From the NCBI GenBank assembly GCA_951406725.2, contig OX597819.1, positions 9,238,001 to 9,302,000 on the forward strand: a stretch of DNA of 64,000 bases. Direction: 5' to 3'. The position numbers were made by a program, and so were the translations under genes. Positions 27,556-41,008 of this stretch are shown here, piece by piece. The DNA comes from Octopus vulgaris. Taxonomy: Eukaryota. The notes under the pieces were generated by a model, which made no database searches, had not been told where the DNA came from, and saw only the letters and a list, made by a program, of their open reading frames with translations. Position 1 is the first letter of the stretch; the number at the start of each line of letters is the position of its first letter.

Positions 27556-27805
27556 CATCATCATCATCATTGTTCGACCGTGGTCGAGACAATGGAATTT
27601 ACCATGCTACGCCAGACTTCACGGTCCATCATGGCATTACGGAGGTCCTGTTGCTGGATGCTTGTATCCCTGGAGATTACATCAGGGTAGGAGAGTGTGC
27701 GCCCTCTGGTATTGCGAGTAGATGGCTTCCAGAAGAGAAGAGTAGAAATTACTTCTTTTTCAGCTCTACAACAATGTCCAGCAAACTGGAATCTCCTACC
27801 TTTCA
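27555..27805 (-). mobile_element. RTE-clade LINE 3' end
   Basis: RRFQFAGHCCR...LLFWKP...GR...AMMDREVWR followed by a (TGA)n tail. Confidence 0.75.
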
Positions 27806-28524
27806 CACACACACACGCTCACACACACATACACACACATATACACACGCTCACACACACACACGCTCATGCACGCACATTTGTATATGAGGAATGTTGA
27901 TATGGTATCTGTATGTGCCCGTGTATCAAGCACAAGGCCTTGTCTTGCAAAAGCTGAGCATCATCCTACCCTTGCTTAGTTACATCAACATGCATCCCTT
28001 ACGAAAATTTATCGGCACTGTTTGTAAACACTCTGAACATCTTGATATCATTAGCTGTCAAAAAAAAAGAAAAAAAAAAGCGATATCAATGGTGCTATTG
28101 ATGACTAAATATTTACTTAATTGCTTACTTAGAAATCTAAGTAAATTTCCTTAATTTCTTAGTAACTGTTTATAACAGTTACCTGGGTGGCTAGTGTAAT
28201 GGAAAGAAGAAAAAAAAGATAAGATAACTTCTCATCGTATCTAAACCAGAATCGCGTTTTGATCCCTGTCCCCTTCGTTTATATTCTCAAATGCTCTTAA
28301 CATTGGTATGAACAATCACACAATGTAATTTATATTTTCGTGGGAATTTGAGGAACTACTTTCGTTGCACGCGCGCTCAAACACAGACACCTCTCTCTTT
28401 CTCTCTATGTATGTATGTATGTATGTATGTATGTATGTATGTATGTATGTATGTATGTATGTATGTATGTATGTATGTGTATATATATATATATTTATAT
28501 ATGTGTGTATGTATATATATATAT

Positions 28525-30600
28525 ATCGTGACGGTTGTCTGTTTTACCTACAAAACACCCCGAACAGAATCGTACAGAAAACTAATAACAGATTAGCTAG
28601 GTTCTTTAATAGGATGGGCATGAGTATAGTTTTTGATAACGAGCTTACTAAGGCTAATTTCTTAGATGTCACACTAAACCTCCATAGCGATTCTTACTGC
28701 CCTTACCACAAGCCTTCCACTAACTTAAAGTATGTCAGTGTCTTCTCGAATCACGCTAAAACTATAACAGACAATTTGGTTAAAAATATTTCTCAAAGAT
28801 TAACTAATTTGTCTGCCAATGTCGACATTTTTGGGCAGAAAGCGGAATTTTATAATGCCGCCCTGTCTAAAGCCGGTTATAGGGAGAAAATAGTATATAT
28901 AGATCCGGCCCTTTCGATGCCAGCATTCAGTCATCAGGATAGGGCCGGATACAATAACATAAATAATTTAAGTACTGATGGTAGCCTGAGGAATGTCGAA
29001 ACTAGTACATCTAGAATAAATTTAGGTAACATAAATAATTTGCAGTCCAGGGGAGACCATAGTAAGCCAAAACCTATTATTCAACCTAGAAATACCCACC
29101 TTAATGTCAGAGTTGACTCCCCGACCCAGTACAAAAACACAGCGATCTCAGTGGCAGGGAATATATAGGTGATATTCCATTAAATAGTATTGATAATGGG
29201 GTGTATAATGTCGAAGACAGTCGTAGTTCTCACAATCATAATAGTAATAAGAACACCGTGTTAATATCGGAAGCCAATCCCAATAGAATAAGGTTCTTAT
29301 CTAGTAATTCCAAGATTAGAAATGCCATTTACCAATGCAGAGTTTATACTGGATCGGATGTCTACTCGTATATCGGAGCGTCATCATCAAAATTGGCCGT
29401 GAGAATATCGAACCACTTCACAACTTTTCGCGATTTTAGAAAACAACACGCTACCGGACTAAGTAAATTAATCTGGCGTTTGAAGAACGCCAATTCAGCA
29501 TTTAGACTGGAATGGTCGATTTTATCGGTGGCAAAAGAATCTGTAATCTCTGTAACTCTGAACTTTTCCACATTTTGTTCGCCCGAGGGCAGCTAGTGAA
29601 CGGGATTTTGCAAAACTCTTTTAGATGTCCCCACTGGAGGCGACGGACATTTCTTGCCTACAATTGAAGCCTAAGATAATTAACACCTTGATGTCATAAG
29701 AAAAGAAAAAAATTGTTTGGAAGAAATTTGGAAAAAATTTGAATTAAATTTGAAAGGGGAAATTACTCCCCTTTTAGCGTATGTCCTGCTACTTTTTTAG
29801 AAACAATATCAGGGATTATACTCCCTGTTTTTTTGACAAGTCATCTGTATATAAACTGGTCATAGACGAACACACAGACACAGAAGTTTATCAGCCGCTT
29901 GACCAGCAATGCCTACAATACAATATATTTTCTCTCTAGCTGCTTCCTAACATACTGCCACACATACATAGGCGCATACACACACACACATACATGTAGG
30001 TAGTTCCTCACACCCAAATAAGATAGCTGTCATTCTTAAAACAATTTGAACATTAACACTAGTTATACAGAATATATTCACACTCTTTGGGTTTTCTGTG
30101 ATTCTTCCCCTACCTGATTTGACCGTGGTTTGACCTAGGTTTATTCCAACGGATTTTTTCGTCGGCCTTCACCCACTCTGACGTCAGCGCATATTGAGAG
30201 ACAGTTTTGTGCCATTTTTACCATGGGCTCCTAGGGAGCGTTTTGTTCGAAAAGCTCGCTGCGCATTTGTTTTGAGATTTTAAATTCCTGGATTTTCCTG
30301 AAGAGAAAGCTGCAGAATGGTCTCCTTATTCAATCCGAATTTGGGAATTTGCAGCCTTTGAAACATGTGTAGAAAATAATAAAAAGGAATTTTGTAGAAT
30401 CTTCGTTCGGCTCCATTTCTTCCCTTCACTAAATATATAAAACTTCAATTATCCGCGCTAAAGCACGGGGGCGAAACCCCATGGTCGTAACCTCAACCGT
30501 GTCTTTTCTGGTGTGATTTTTGCTACACAGGTATCGGTTATATTTTGAATAATCCGTAAATTTTGAATAATCCGTAACAAGATAATACAATATGCAAATA
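28525..30600 (+). mobile_element. 5'-truncated PLE (RT thumb, GIY-YIG, pseudo-LTR)
   Basis: ANFLDVTLNL...YHKP...SNH and NAIYQCRV...YIGASS..AVRISNH. HHR at 30292. Confidence 0.85.
30292..30377 (+). ncRNA. Type I hammerhead ribozyme
   Basis: attttc-CTGAAGA-gaaagctgcaga...tttgcagccttt-GAAA-catgtg-TA-gaaaat. Confidence 0.82.
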
Positions 30601-30633
30601 AATCAAATATATATATATATGTATATATATATA

Positions 30634-30688
<55 letters not shown>

Positions 30689-31529
30689 TAGAAGAGAGAG
30701 AGAGAGAGAGAGAGATATATAGATATTTCGGAATGGTCATTTTGCCAGTTTAGCCAATAAAAACACACGCACTATATATATTTGGTGTTACTTTGCTTCA
30801 GTTTTATTTATTTTTTACATTAATCTTAATTTTATTTCGGCCAGAGTTCTTTCGTCACACTTCAGTGACCGCATCAGTGGTCCTTTGTTTTCTTCTTTCT
30901 TATTTGTCTCTCCTTACTAACCGTCAGCCATTTTGTATTTCTATTGTATGTCTTCTTTTGCGCATGCTTATATCTCTATGTGCGTCTATGTTTATTTAGT
31001 GTGTGGGGGGATGCCTGTAATATTTGTATCTTCTTTTTATATACGTTCATATAATTTGTTTTTGTTGTTGTTGTTTTTGTTTATTCTTATTTTGTTCATG
31101 TGTTTACATCCACTTATTATTATTAGCATTACATATGCCTGTATGTATGTATGTATGTATGTATGTATGTATAACAACAATACTAGTAATAATAATAATA
31201 ATTTTTTTTTAAATCTTTTAAATTAAACAAAAAAAACTTATATAGTTATTTATTTCTATTTGTTTATTTATCTGTGTATTTTATTTATTATGTTTTATGT
31301 TTTCGGTTTTGTTTAACCAGTTTATTGGGATCCTCTACCGTCATATGTTGTGGTGTGTGTTAGTGTTCCATTCTAGTTTCCTATTCAGGTTAGGTTTATT
31401 TTCTATTAAGTGTGTAGCTTCTGTAATGTGTCTGATTGTTGCATCTGTTCTATGTGTGGACAATATTTTAATTTCTATGTTGTTGATTGATCCCCCGTGT
31501 TCATACATATATACACACACACAAGCATG

Positions 31530-32591
31530 ACAGAAGTGAATAGTCACCCCATAAAACTTGTAAAAAATTTTTTATTAATTGACTTTTTTATTCAGGTTCT
31601 ATATGTGACTGTTTAATCATGCCATATAGAAGAGAAACCTTGGATCTGTCTGAGTTTCAAAGAGGCCGTATTGTAAGTCATTCTGTAGGTGGACATAGCG
31701 TAAAATAGCAGAAAAACTTAGGATCCTGTTTTCTACAGTTAATGAAGTGATTGTGTAATTCCCCAGAGAGGGGAAGGAATCCACATCACCTCGCCCAGAT
31801 CAACCAGGGCCCTCTGACAGGACCCTTCTCTTTGTTAAGTGAAGTGTGAAGGATAATCCTCGTTGCAAGGCCTTTAACATAGCAGAACGAGTTGTCAGTC
31901 ACAGAACAGCTGTCAGGTGTTTACTATGGTAGAACAGCAAGAAGCCACTCCTTCGACCAGCCAACATCAAGCGGGGAAAAGATTGGGCCAGTGAGATAGT
32001 GGAGAGGCCGCTAGCATTTTAGGACATTGTCATATTCTCTGATGAATTCAGATTTACTGTATTTCCTGACAGTGGTCGAGTGTGGGTCTGGAGACTCTGT
32101 GATTAAGAATTTGATGTGAAAAGATTGCAGCCAGCAATGAAACATGGCAGCTACTCTATGATTGTCTGGGGAGCAATTTGGAGCAATGGTCGATCAGAGC
32201 TGATGGAGTGTGAGGGAAACAAACTCAGATAAATATGTGTCCATATTGCAGAAAGTTCTCTTTCCAATCTTCTCCAGTAGTGAAATGATTAAAGAAGACT
32301 CTTTATGTACGGAAGATGGAGATCCTTGTCTCATGGCTAAAATGACCCAATATTTGTTGAATGAGAATGGCATTAAAAAGCTTCCATAGCCAAGCCAGTC
32401 ACCAGATATGTACCCTATTGAACACCATTGGGACATAATGGGCAGGACACTCAATAAAAAGAACAAGAAAGCATCTTCAAAGCCAGGTCTTTTGAGATTA
32501 CTGCATGAAACCTGGAAAGAAATTCTGTAAAAGAATTTACGTCATCTGATCAGTAACATGCCTAATAGGGTTCTTCAGATTTAAATAAATT

Positions 32592-32596
<5 letters not shown>
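31530..32596 (+). pseudogene. Degenerate Tc1-like (DD34E) transposase
   Basis: DLSEFQRGRIV, VIFSDEFRF, VWGAI and PSQSPDMYPIEHHW, with many stops and frameshifts. Confidence 0.85.
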
Positions 32597-32671
<75 letters not shown>

Positions 32672-32888
32672 AATTTATTTAAATCTGAAGCACCCTATTA
32701 GGCATGTTACTGATCAGGTAACACCCTATTAGGCATGTTACTGATCAGGTAACACCCTATTAGGCATGTCACTATATATATATATATATATATATATAGG
32801 GGGGAATTCACAAGAAAAGCAAAAGACGAAGACAGGTGGTGTAGACAACAAACAAATGCATTAGTATTATGCTCGAGAAGTGAAAAAG

Positions 32889-32926
32889 TCTTTAACGTTT
32901 TGAGCCTACGCTCTTCCACAGAAAGA
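32889..32926 (-). ncRNA. Degenerate minimal hammerhead-like motif
   Basis: tcttt-CTGTGGA-a-gagc gtag gctc-AAAA-cg-TT-aaaga. The core deviates at CUGA and GAAA. Confidence 0.4.
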
Positions 32927-32996
32927 AACAAGGAGAGAAAATAAAGACTGTGTAGTGGCTAGCGATCTATCATGACGAATGATATATACATACATA

Positions 32997-33032
<36 letters not shown>

Positions 33033-33096
33033 CACCAGGTGTGCTAATAGAATGGCCTGGGCCAATATGGCGAAACCTATCAAAGTATCAAAGTAA

Positions 33097-33174
<78 letters not shown>

Positions 33175-33206
33175 GTTGATAATAGTTTGCAAATTAAAAT
33201 CATAAC

Positions 33207-33480
33207 TGAGGAACCATGGATCAACTTAAAATCCATAAGGACAACTTTATAGATAACCCTTCAGTGAAGCTTACTTGGCCCACTAAGTCAGACATCAGAT
33301 GTTTAAGCAATGTTATTTTAGACAAAGCTGTTCCTTCCCCGTCTTCTCTGTTTTCTTTCAGTCTATGGTCCAATACCGACGACGTCATCCATTGGTTCTC
33401 AAATTTTCGAAACAAAAGTAGATGCTGTTTGCTTCGATTTGACATCAGTCCTTATTATTTTACTCTTATACCCATAAAAG
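33207..33480 (+). pseudogene. PLE RT N-terminal fragment
   Basis: [17 protein letters not shown]...W.NT..VIHWF...LLRFDI..YY. Confidence 0.7.
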
Positions 33481-34723
33481 CATAGAAAAAATAAAAATCT
33501 ACTAAATAACCGTATAGAGTTGGGTGGTCTTGTATTCACTCAAAAATCAAAACTCTAAAATATTTCAAATAGAAATTTGCAAGTTCTCCTACTGTTGTTC
33601 TTTCTAACTACATCTTTTTAATATGAAAATAAATAGTATTTGTACTATGCTAATTTTTAATTGACTTTATAGTCAATTTAATTAACCTTACTTAAATCAT
33701 ATAAACTGCTAATCTTTCCTAATTTTTTTTCTTAAAAAATTAACATGTAATACTATTCCCTTAGTGATACATTTGATTTTCACTATAAATTTCGAATAAG
33801 TAAGATTCCCCTACCATTTGCTATTGAATTTATTTGACCTCTAGATGTTGACCTAAATTCCTTCTTACCATATATAAACATAAGTTAAAATAGAAACAAT
33901 AATAAATAAATAACCTTCTATTCTAGTATTAACCTTAATTTTCTTACTGTATCTCCCTCTACCGATAACCTATGACCCCTTTAGTGTTTTCCTTTGATCT
34001 TCCTGTATTCTTAATCCCACCATTAATTCTATGAGTTTCTCAGTTCAGACTAGTGGTGGTCAAACTTACAGTTCTTTTATGAATTTAAGATTCCTTCTAC
34101 ACTGACCTAGATTTTCTGTCACCACAGATATAGACTGACCTTTGTCTGTGGTATCTTTATCCCCTTTTGCATCCCCATTTCTTTTCTCCTGATGTCCTTT
34201 GCTTTAGTTAAACCTACCCCGCTGTCTTTCTTGCTACTATAGAATTTTGTCTGCAACAGTTAGATACAAACTTAACCGTGGTATGACCGGCATCTTTCCT
34301 CATGTCTCTTGGAACTTATATCCACATCTTTATGAGTAGATTTATCTTCTCTGGGATGTTAATAATCATTTTAAAAACTTTGTATTGTTGGAAAACATAT
34401 ATAGTCTGCTTGGAATCTTACTTCAAATCCATGGAACTCACTCCTATAACTTCATAAGGATATTTACACTCTCTAAGATGTTTGGAAAACCTATATGTGA
34501 TTTAGCTGATGAATACTTGACGTTATATTTGCTGTAATATTTGCAGCTTTAAATAAAACGTTTATAGTATGAAACAATTGTACTAAACTACCGATCCATT
34601 CTTGTTGCTTTTTTCTTGGTTATAATCACCCCACATAAAGAATTAATACCATAAATAACTCTGGTGCATCTAAGTTAAGTACCATATTCATTTGAATTCA
34701 TTTGCATCTTAATTGTTTTGCTG

Positions 34724-34725
<2 letters not shown>
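33480..34725 (+). mobile_element. PLE 3' UTR / pseudo-LTR
   Basis: Diverged inverted homolog of 35480-36600. It contains an HHR, and its tail is shared with 23170-23280 (reverse complement). Confidence 0.65.
34501..34587 (+). ncRNA. Type I hammerhead ribozyme
   Basis: tttag-CTGATGA-atact...agtat-GAAA-caattg-TA-ctaaa. Confidence 0.85.
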
Positions 34726-34774
<49 letters not shown>

Positions 34775-34831
34775 TGTATGTATACATATACATATGCATA
34801 TATGTGTACAGGGCAAGTAACATAAAGAACG

Positions 34832-34894
34832 ACTCTTCATCAACTGTCAGGTGTCTATCTACTCCTCATTTCGAGCATTCGACAACAATATGAA
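34832..34894 (-). ncRNA. Non-circularly permuted hammerhead candidate (C3 mutated to U)
   Basis: ttca-TA-ttgtt ... gctc-GAAA-tgag ... gacag-TTGATGA-a-gagt. The inverted partner at 34971-34988 retains cgacaa-CTGATGA-a-gggt. Confidence 0.6.
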
Positions 34895-35118
34895 TCTTCG
34901 ATGACAGTTGCACACATAAGTACCAAAATAAAATTTGGGATTTATGGAGGATCAAAGTTGGAAAGACAGCCGACAACTGATGAAGGGTCATTCTTTATGT
35001 TACTTGTCCTGTTTTCCATTTGTTTTTCTCGTTGTTTGCGTATTGAACTCATTTGTTTTCGTATTTCATATTGTTTACTATTGGTGACATATACATATAT
35101 GTATATATGGTCCTGAAC

Positions 35119-35157
<39 letters not shown>

Positions 35158-35161
35158 GACA

Positions 35162-35197
<36 letters not shown>

Positions 35198-35419
35198 CAC
35201 ACACCTTTTATTAAACTTTTAATACTTTTGATATATATTTAAAATAATATAAATTAATTAATTTTATGTATTGGCTTATGTTTTTCATTGTTTGATTTGC
35301 CTAATAGTGGTTTTATCTCTAATTTAATATAATATAATATAATATATTTATACTATAAAATTGGATTTAATCCTAAATCTGATTTTTACCTGTAAGTTTG
35401 GATTTATTCCCTAATATTT

Positions 35420-35479
<60 letters not shown>

Positions 35480-35480
<1 letters not shown>

Positions 35481-36686
35481 AGAAAAAAGCAACAAGAATG
35501 GATTAGTTGTTCAGTACAATTGTTTCATGCGAAGAACAGCTTTATTAAAAGCTGCAAATATTGCAGCAAATACAAGTGTCCCGTATTCATCAGCCAAAAC
35601 ACATATGAGTTTTCCAAACATCCTAGGGGGTGAGGCTACACTCATGAAGTATCGAAGAGAGTTCTATAAAAAGCAAAGTTAGATTGTAAGCAGACTTCAA
35701 AAGTTCTCTAATGATGCACAGTTTTATAAAAGGTTTTTAAAAAGTTTGTTAGCTTCACAGAAAAGGTAAATCCATCCATAATAATGCAGGTGTAATTTCC
35801 GGAGATATGAGGAGATATTTCATACTCAGAGACGATGAATTTATCCATAATAATGTAGATGTAATTTCCTGATATATAAGAAGATGCTGATCACACTTCT
35901 GTTCATTTCACAGAACTACTATGTTGGAAGAAGAGATTGACTATATTGGCTAAAAGAAGTTAGTGAAGCAGAAACCGCCCAAATAGGGCATTATGGGACA
36001 AATGATAGGAAGGGGTGTAAGTACACAACCTACAAAGAATAGTTTATTTCTGTGGTGACAGAAACTCTAGGTCAGAGTTGCAGGAATCTGAGATTTATAA
36101 AAGTGAACATTACTTTTGACCAACATACAGTTGTTAACTGCCAATCCTACAGAGTTGAAGCAGATATAAAAATATAAAGAGAACAAGAGAAAGTATCAAA
36201 GGGGTCAAAGACTATCAGTAGAGGAAAATACATTAAGAGGTTTAAGTGGAATACTAGAACAGGAGCTTATTTATTTATTTATTTATTATTGTTACTATTT
36301 ATACAAATGTTTATACATTGTAAGACAGACTTTAGGTCTATACCTAGAGGTCAATTAATTTCTATAGTAAAAGGTGTGAGAGAATTGTTTATTCAAAATA
36401 TAGTGAAAATCATAGTGAAAATTCCTTATATTATTATTAAGGGAGTAGCATTACTTATTAAACTTAGAATAGAATTAGGAAGTATTAGCAACTTATTTGA
36501 TTTAAGTTGGGTTAATTAAATTAGATTAAAATTAGATTAAATTAAATTAACTATATAGTCAATTAAAATTTTTGGCAACGTACAAATACCATTTATTTTA
36601 TGGTTAATACCATATAGATTTCTGGTGCATCTAAGTTAAGCACCGCATTTATGTGAATTCATTGGAACTCACTTGAATCTTAATTG

Positions 36687-36690
<4 letters not shown>
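35480..36690 (-). mobile_element. PLE 3' UTR / pseudo-LTR with inverted terminal piece
   Basis: Reverse-complement homology to 33.6-34.6 kb. 36620-36690 matches 34660-34720. Confidence 0.65.
35510..35598 (-). ncRNA. Type I hammerhead ribozyme
   Basis: tttgg-CTGATGA-atacg...cgcat-GAAA-caattg-TA-ctgaa. Confidence 0.7.
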
Positions 36691-36739
<49 letters not shown>

Positions 36740-36752
36740 TATATATATATAC

Positions 36753-37239
<487 letters not shown>

Positions 37240-37267
37240 TTTATTTTAAGCAGCAGAAAATTCAACA

Positions 37268-37312
37268 AAATCTGTTACTCTGAGTTTCTCGTTGCCGTTC
37301 ATCAGACAGTTT
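37268..37312 (-). ncRNA. Minimal type I hammerhead ribozyme
   Basis: aaactgt-CTGATGA-a cg gcaa cg a-GAAA-ctcagag-TA-acagattt. A truncated sister at ~20213-20270 reads acgt-GAAA-ctcagag-TA-acag. Confidence 0.75.
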
Positions 37313-38368
37313 TTGTTAGAATGGAACTGATATATCAATTCAATCTATACTCTTACAAACGCTACACCTTTAAAAAGAAATGGACTTGTTTGATTGGCCC
37401 TTTAGAAAAAACGGTCAATCTTCGAGCGATAAACAAAAAGGTCAAAGATATATGTATATATATATAAAAAACTTATAAAAATTATATATAAAAACTTATA
37501 AAAATTATAAAATCCGAGGAAAAACCATTGACGTTAATGAAGACAGTGCAAATTAATGCATAGAAATTAAACCTGTTATAAATACTGCAATACATATTTA
37601 TATTAAAATCTACATATATATATCAACATACACAAAAGGATGCGCGTAAACGCCATACATACATATACAGACGTATGAATATGAATTTAAATATACACAT
37701 AAAAGCATGTGTACATATATTCACGCAAACCGTCTCGCACGCAAGCTAAAATTCATCTATGTAGCAATTCTCATATACTGGGCAAGGAGGGGGAACGAAA
37801 GAAAGGGAGAGAGAGAAAAAAGAAACGAAGGAGGGGTGGGGAAAAAAACGAAATAAGCAGTGCAACGATGTTATTGGCATCTATAGAGGCCAGTATACAT
37901 ACACATGTTTGAATGGATACATATACATACCGTCGTGTATATGTGTGCTTAAGCACAAACATACTTTCACTTACACATACACAGATACGCATGCTTACAA
38001 ATACATATGCTTTGCTATACACATACTTATATAAACATTCTAATTTTGACAACATTGCTTTTTTAAAAAACATTGCTTTTAAAAATGGGTGCATTAATAA
38101 AAAATATATACGAAAGACATAAAATAAAATATAACATCCTATTTTGGGTCATTTATAAATAATCAAGGTAATATAAATAATCAAGGTAATCCTATGCAAT
38201 ACAATAACATGAAAACAAAGTTTGTAGGTTTTTCCTAATATATATGTAGAAACATAAGACTTTGCTATACGGATTAAGATCCACGTAGCTTGGAAACAGA
38301 ATCCAAATTCATCGTAGCGCTCAAGAGTCAAAATCAAAATCAAAAATCAAAAATACAAAATATATACT

Positions 38369-39460
38369 CTATCCATATGGTATATTTATATTCGACATTT
38401 TAAATTTAGCCGCGTGCCTACATAAGTTCATTAACTCACTTCTTTGATTCAAAGAATTATTGTCTTTGAATAAGATATACATTTTCTCTAATAAACAAAG
38501 TCTGCACTTGAAATTATTTTTGTAAGCTCCATGCCTGTATGGTGCCGCCCTGTCCAGAATGCTCCATGTCACGTTGAAAGGTGGGGCCTCCTTTTCCTCT
38601 AGTTCCCAGACATATTTTGCCAGGCTGGTTTTCCTCCCATTCTCTGGGTATTTAAATGAATTTTTATGAGAATAAAATCTTGTTTTAAATGAATTTTCTG
38701 AAGCCCCTGTGCATGTCTTGTATTCCGATGAGCCTTCCACTTGCACCCTGGCTCTATAAACTACTCCTTTCACTAGACATTTCCCTTCCAACGGACAGGA
38801 GCTTTCGTTTTTGAAATTACATTTCTCAATGGGCTCGGCACCATGTCCAATCTCAATTAGCTTCCTACTATGTTGGCCAATGCAAGAGGCGAAACTTCTG
38901 CAACAAGAATAGCTAACCTTCAGGGTTCTTCTATTAAATATTCTGTAGAATTTATGACCCTGCTTAAAATGCTTAGAGACTAATCTCAAAAATTCCCTAC
39001 CTATATTAGTCTTTACGGCCAAATTGAAAGCCGGGCTGAACCACAAAACCCTCCTGGTCCTAGTTCCTCGTGCAGCATTATTATCAGCATTAAGCTGGTT
39101 GAACTGGATCTTCTCCGAGAATCCACTATTCTTTAATGCGCTATCGTAATAAGGTGCAGCATTATGGAATGCTGCCTCGTCCGAAGAAATTGAAGATATT
39201 CTTCTACCTACATTGCTGACTAAGTTGCTAAGGATAACTGGTGGATGGTTCCAATCTTTGCTAATATACGATAGCTTTTCATTGGGCTTACGGAAAGGTT
39301 TAAATCTATTCGATCTTACATTAAAATTTACGTCTAAAAAACCTACACTATTCAGGTTAGCATCTATCGTAACCCGTAAGCCCATCCTTTGAAAGAAAGC
39401 TATAAGGTCCTTCCTAAGTCTATCTGATTCATGGCCGTTTAGATTATGCGTGGCTATAAG
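38369..39460 (-). pseudogene. PLE ORF C-terminal half (RT thumb + GIY-YIG), open frame
   Basis: VGFLDVNFN, FRKPNEKLSYI..WNHPP, VSYSC, GVVYRARV...TGASENSFKTRFYSH, and CRLCLLEK...CRH. Confidence 0.92.
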
Positions 39461-40054
39461 GCTATAAGGGATGACGGCCTTATTTACGCTGTAATTGCTT
39501 CTGACGTCAACATGCAAAAAAAGGTGGATTGATCTTAAGAATATACATCTCACCATGTGATCACGCACTGCCATTCGAAATGCAAAAACGTCTTCTTTTT
39601 TTTAGACTATTATCTGGCCTTCTCATTTACAAGGCTCAAGACGTCGAAGGTGGGTATCTATCTAAAAAATGCTTATCTCCTGTTAAGCAACCATATTCAG
39701 AATCAGAAATTCAAGAGAACTAAACATTAATGACAATAACAAAGAATGAAAATGGGTCGTTTGCAGAAAATTTAAGAAAGTATGAAGAAATTCTGCAGAA
39801 ATACACATTAGTTTAGGCTATTATTCTATTATTAATTCGCTGTTTCAAGGAAGTGATTGTGGTCATGTGGGGACACCGTCCTGAGGGGTTTTAAAGTACT
39901 ATAACGGCTTAAATAAGTCTAGTACTTATATAATAAATTTCTAGTTGTCGTATCGCTAACTTCAGGCACAACAAAGACAGCGGTTTTTTTTTAAGTGGGA
40001 TCAACGTAGACAGATAGGCAGGCACACACGCATAAGTATGCACACACATGCAGG

Positions 40055-40216
40055 CATATGTATGCATGCATACATGTATGCATGTATGTATGTATGTATG
40101 TATGTATGTATGTATGTATGTATGTATGTATGTATGTATGTATGTATGCATGCATGTATGTATGTATGTATGTATGTATGTATGTATGTATATATGTATC
40201 TATGTATGTATGTATG

Positions 40217-40250
<34 letters not shown>

Positions 40251-40332
40251 TGTATGTATGTATGTATGTATGCATGCATGTATGTATGTATGTATGTATA
40301 TATGTATGTATATATGTATGTATGTATGTATG

Positions 40333-40366
<34 letters not shown>

Positions 40367-40450
40367 TGTATGTGTGTGTGTGTATGTATGTATGTATGTA
40401 TGTATGTGTGTATGTATGTATGTGTGTATGTATGTATGTATATATGTATG

Positions 40451-40482
<32 letters not shown>

Positions 40483-41008
40483 CATGTACGTATGTATGTA
40501 TGTATGCATGTATGTATGTATGTGTGTATGTATGTATGCATGTGTGTATGTATGTATGTATGTGTGTATGTATGTATGTATGTATGTGTGTATGTATGTA
40601 TGTATGTACGTAGGTATGTATGTATGTATGTATGTATGTATGTGTGTATGTATGTATGTATGTGTGTATGTATGTATGTGTGAATGTATGTATGTCTGTG
40701 TGTATGTATGTATGTATGTACGTACGTATGTATGTATGTATGTATGTATGTGTGTATGTATGTATGTATGTATGTATGTATGTATGTATGTATGTATGTA
40801 TTCATGTATGTATGCATGCATGTATGTATGTATGTGTGTATGTATGTATGTATGTATGTATGTATGTATGTATGCATGCATGTATGTATGTATGTGTGTG
40901 TGTATGTATGTATGTATGTGTGTATGTATGTATGTATGTATGTATGTATGTGTGTGTGTATGTATGTATGTATGTATGTATGTATGTATGCATGTGTGTG
41001 TATATGTA
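40055..41008. repeat. ~950-bp (TATG)n microsatellite
   Basis: Direct reading. Confidence 0.95.
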
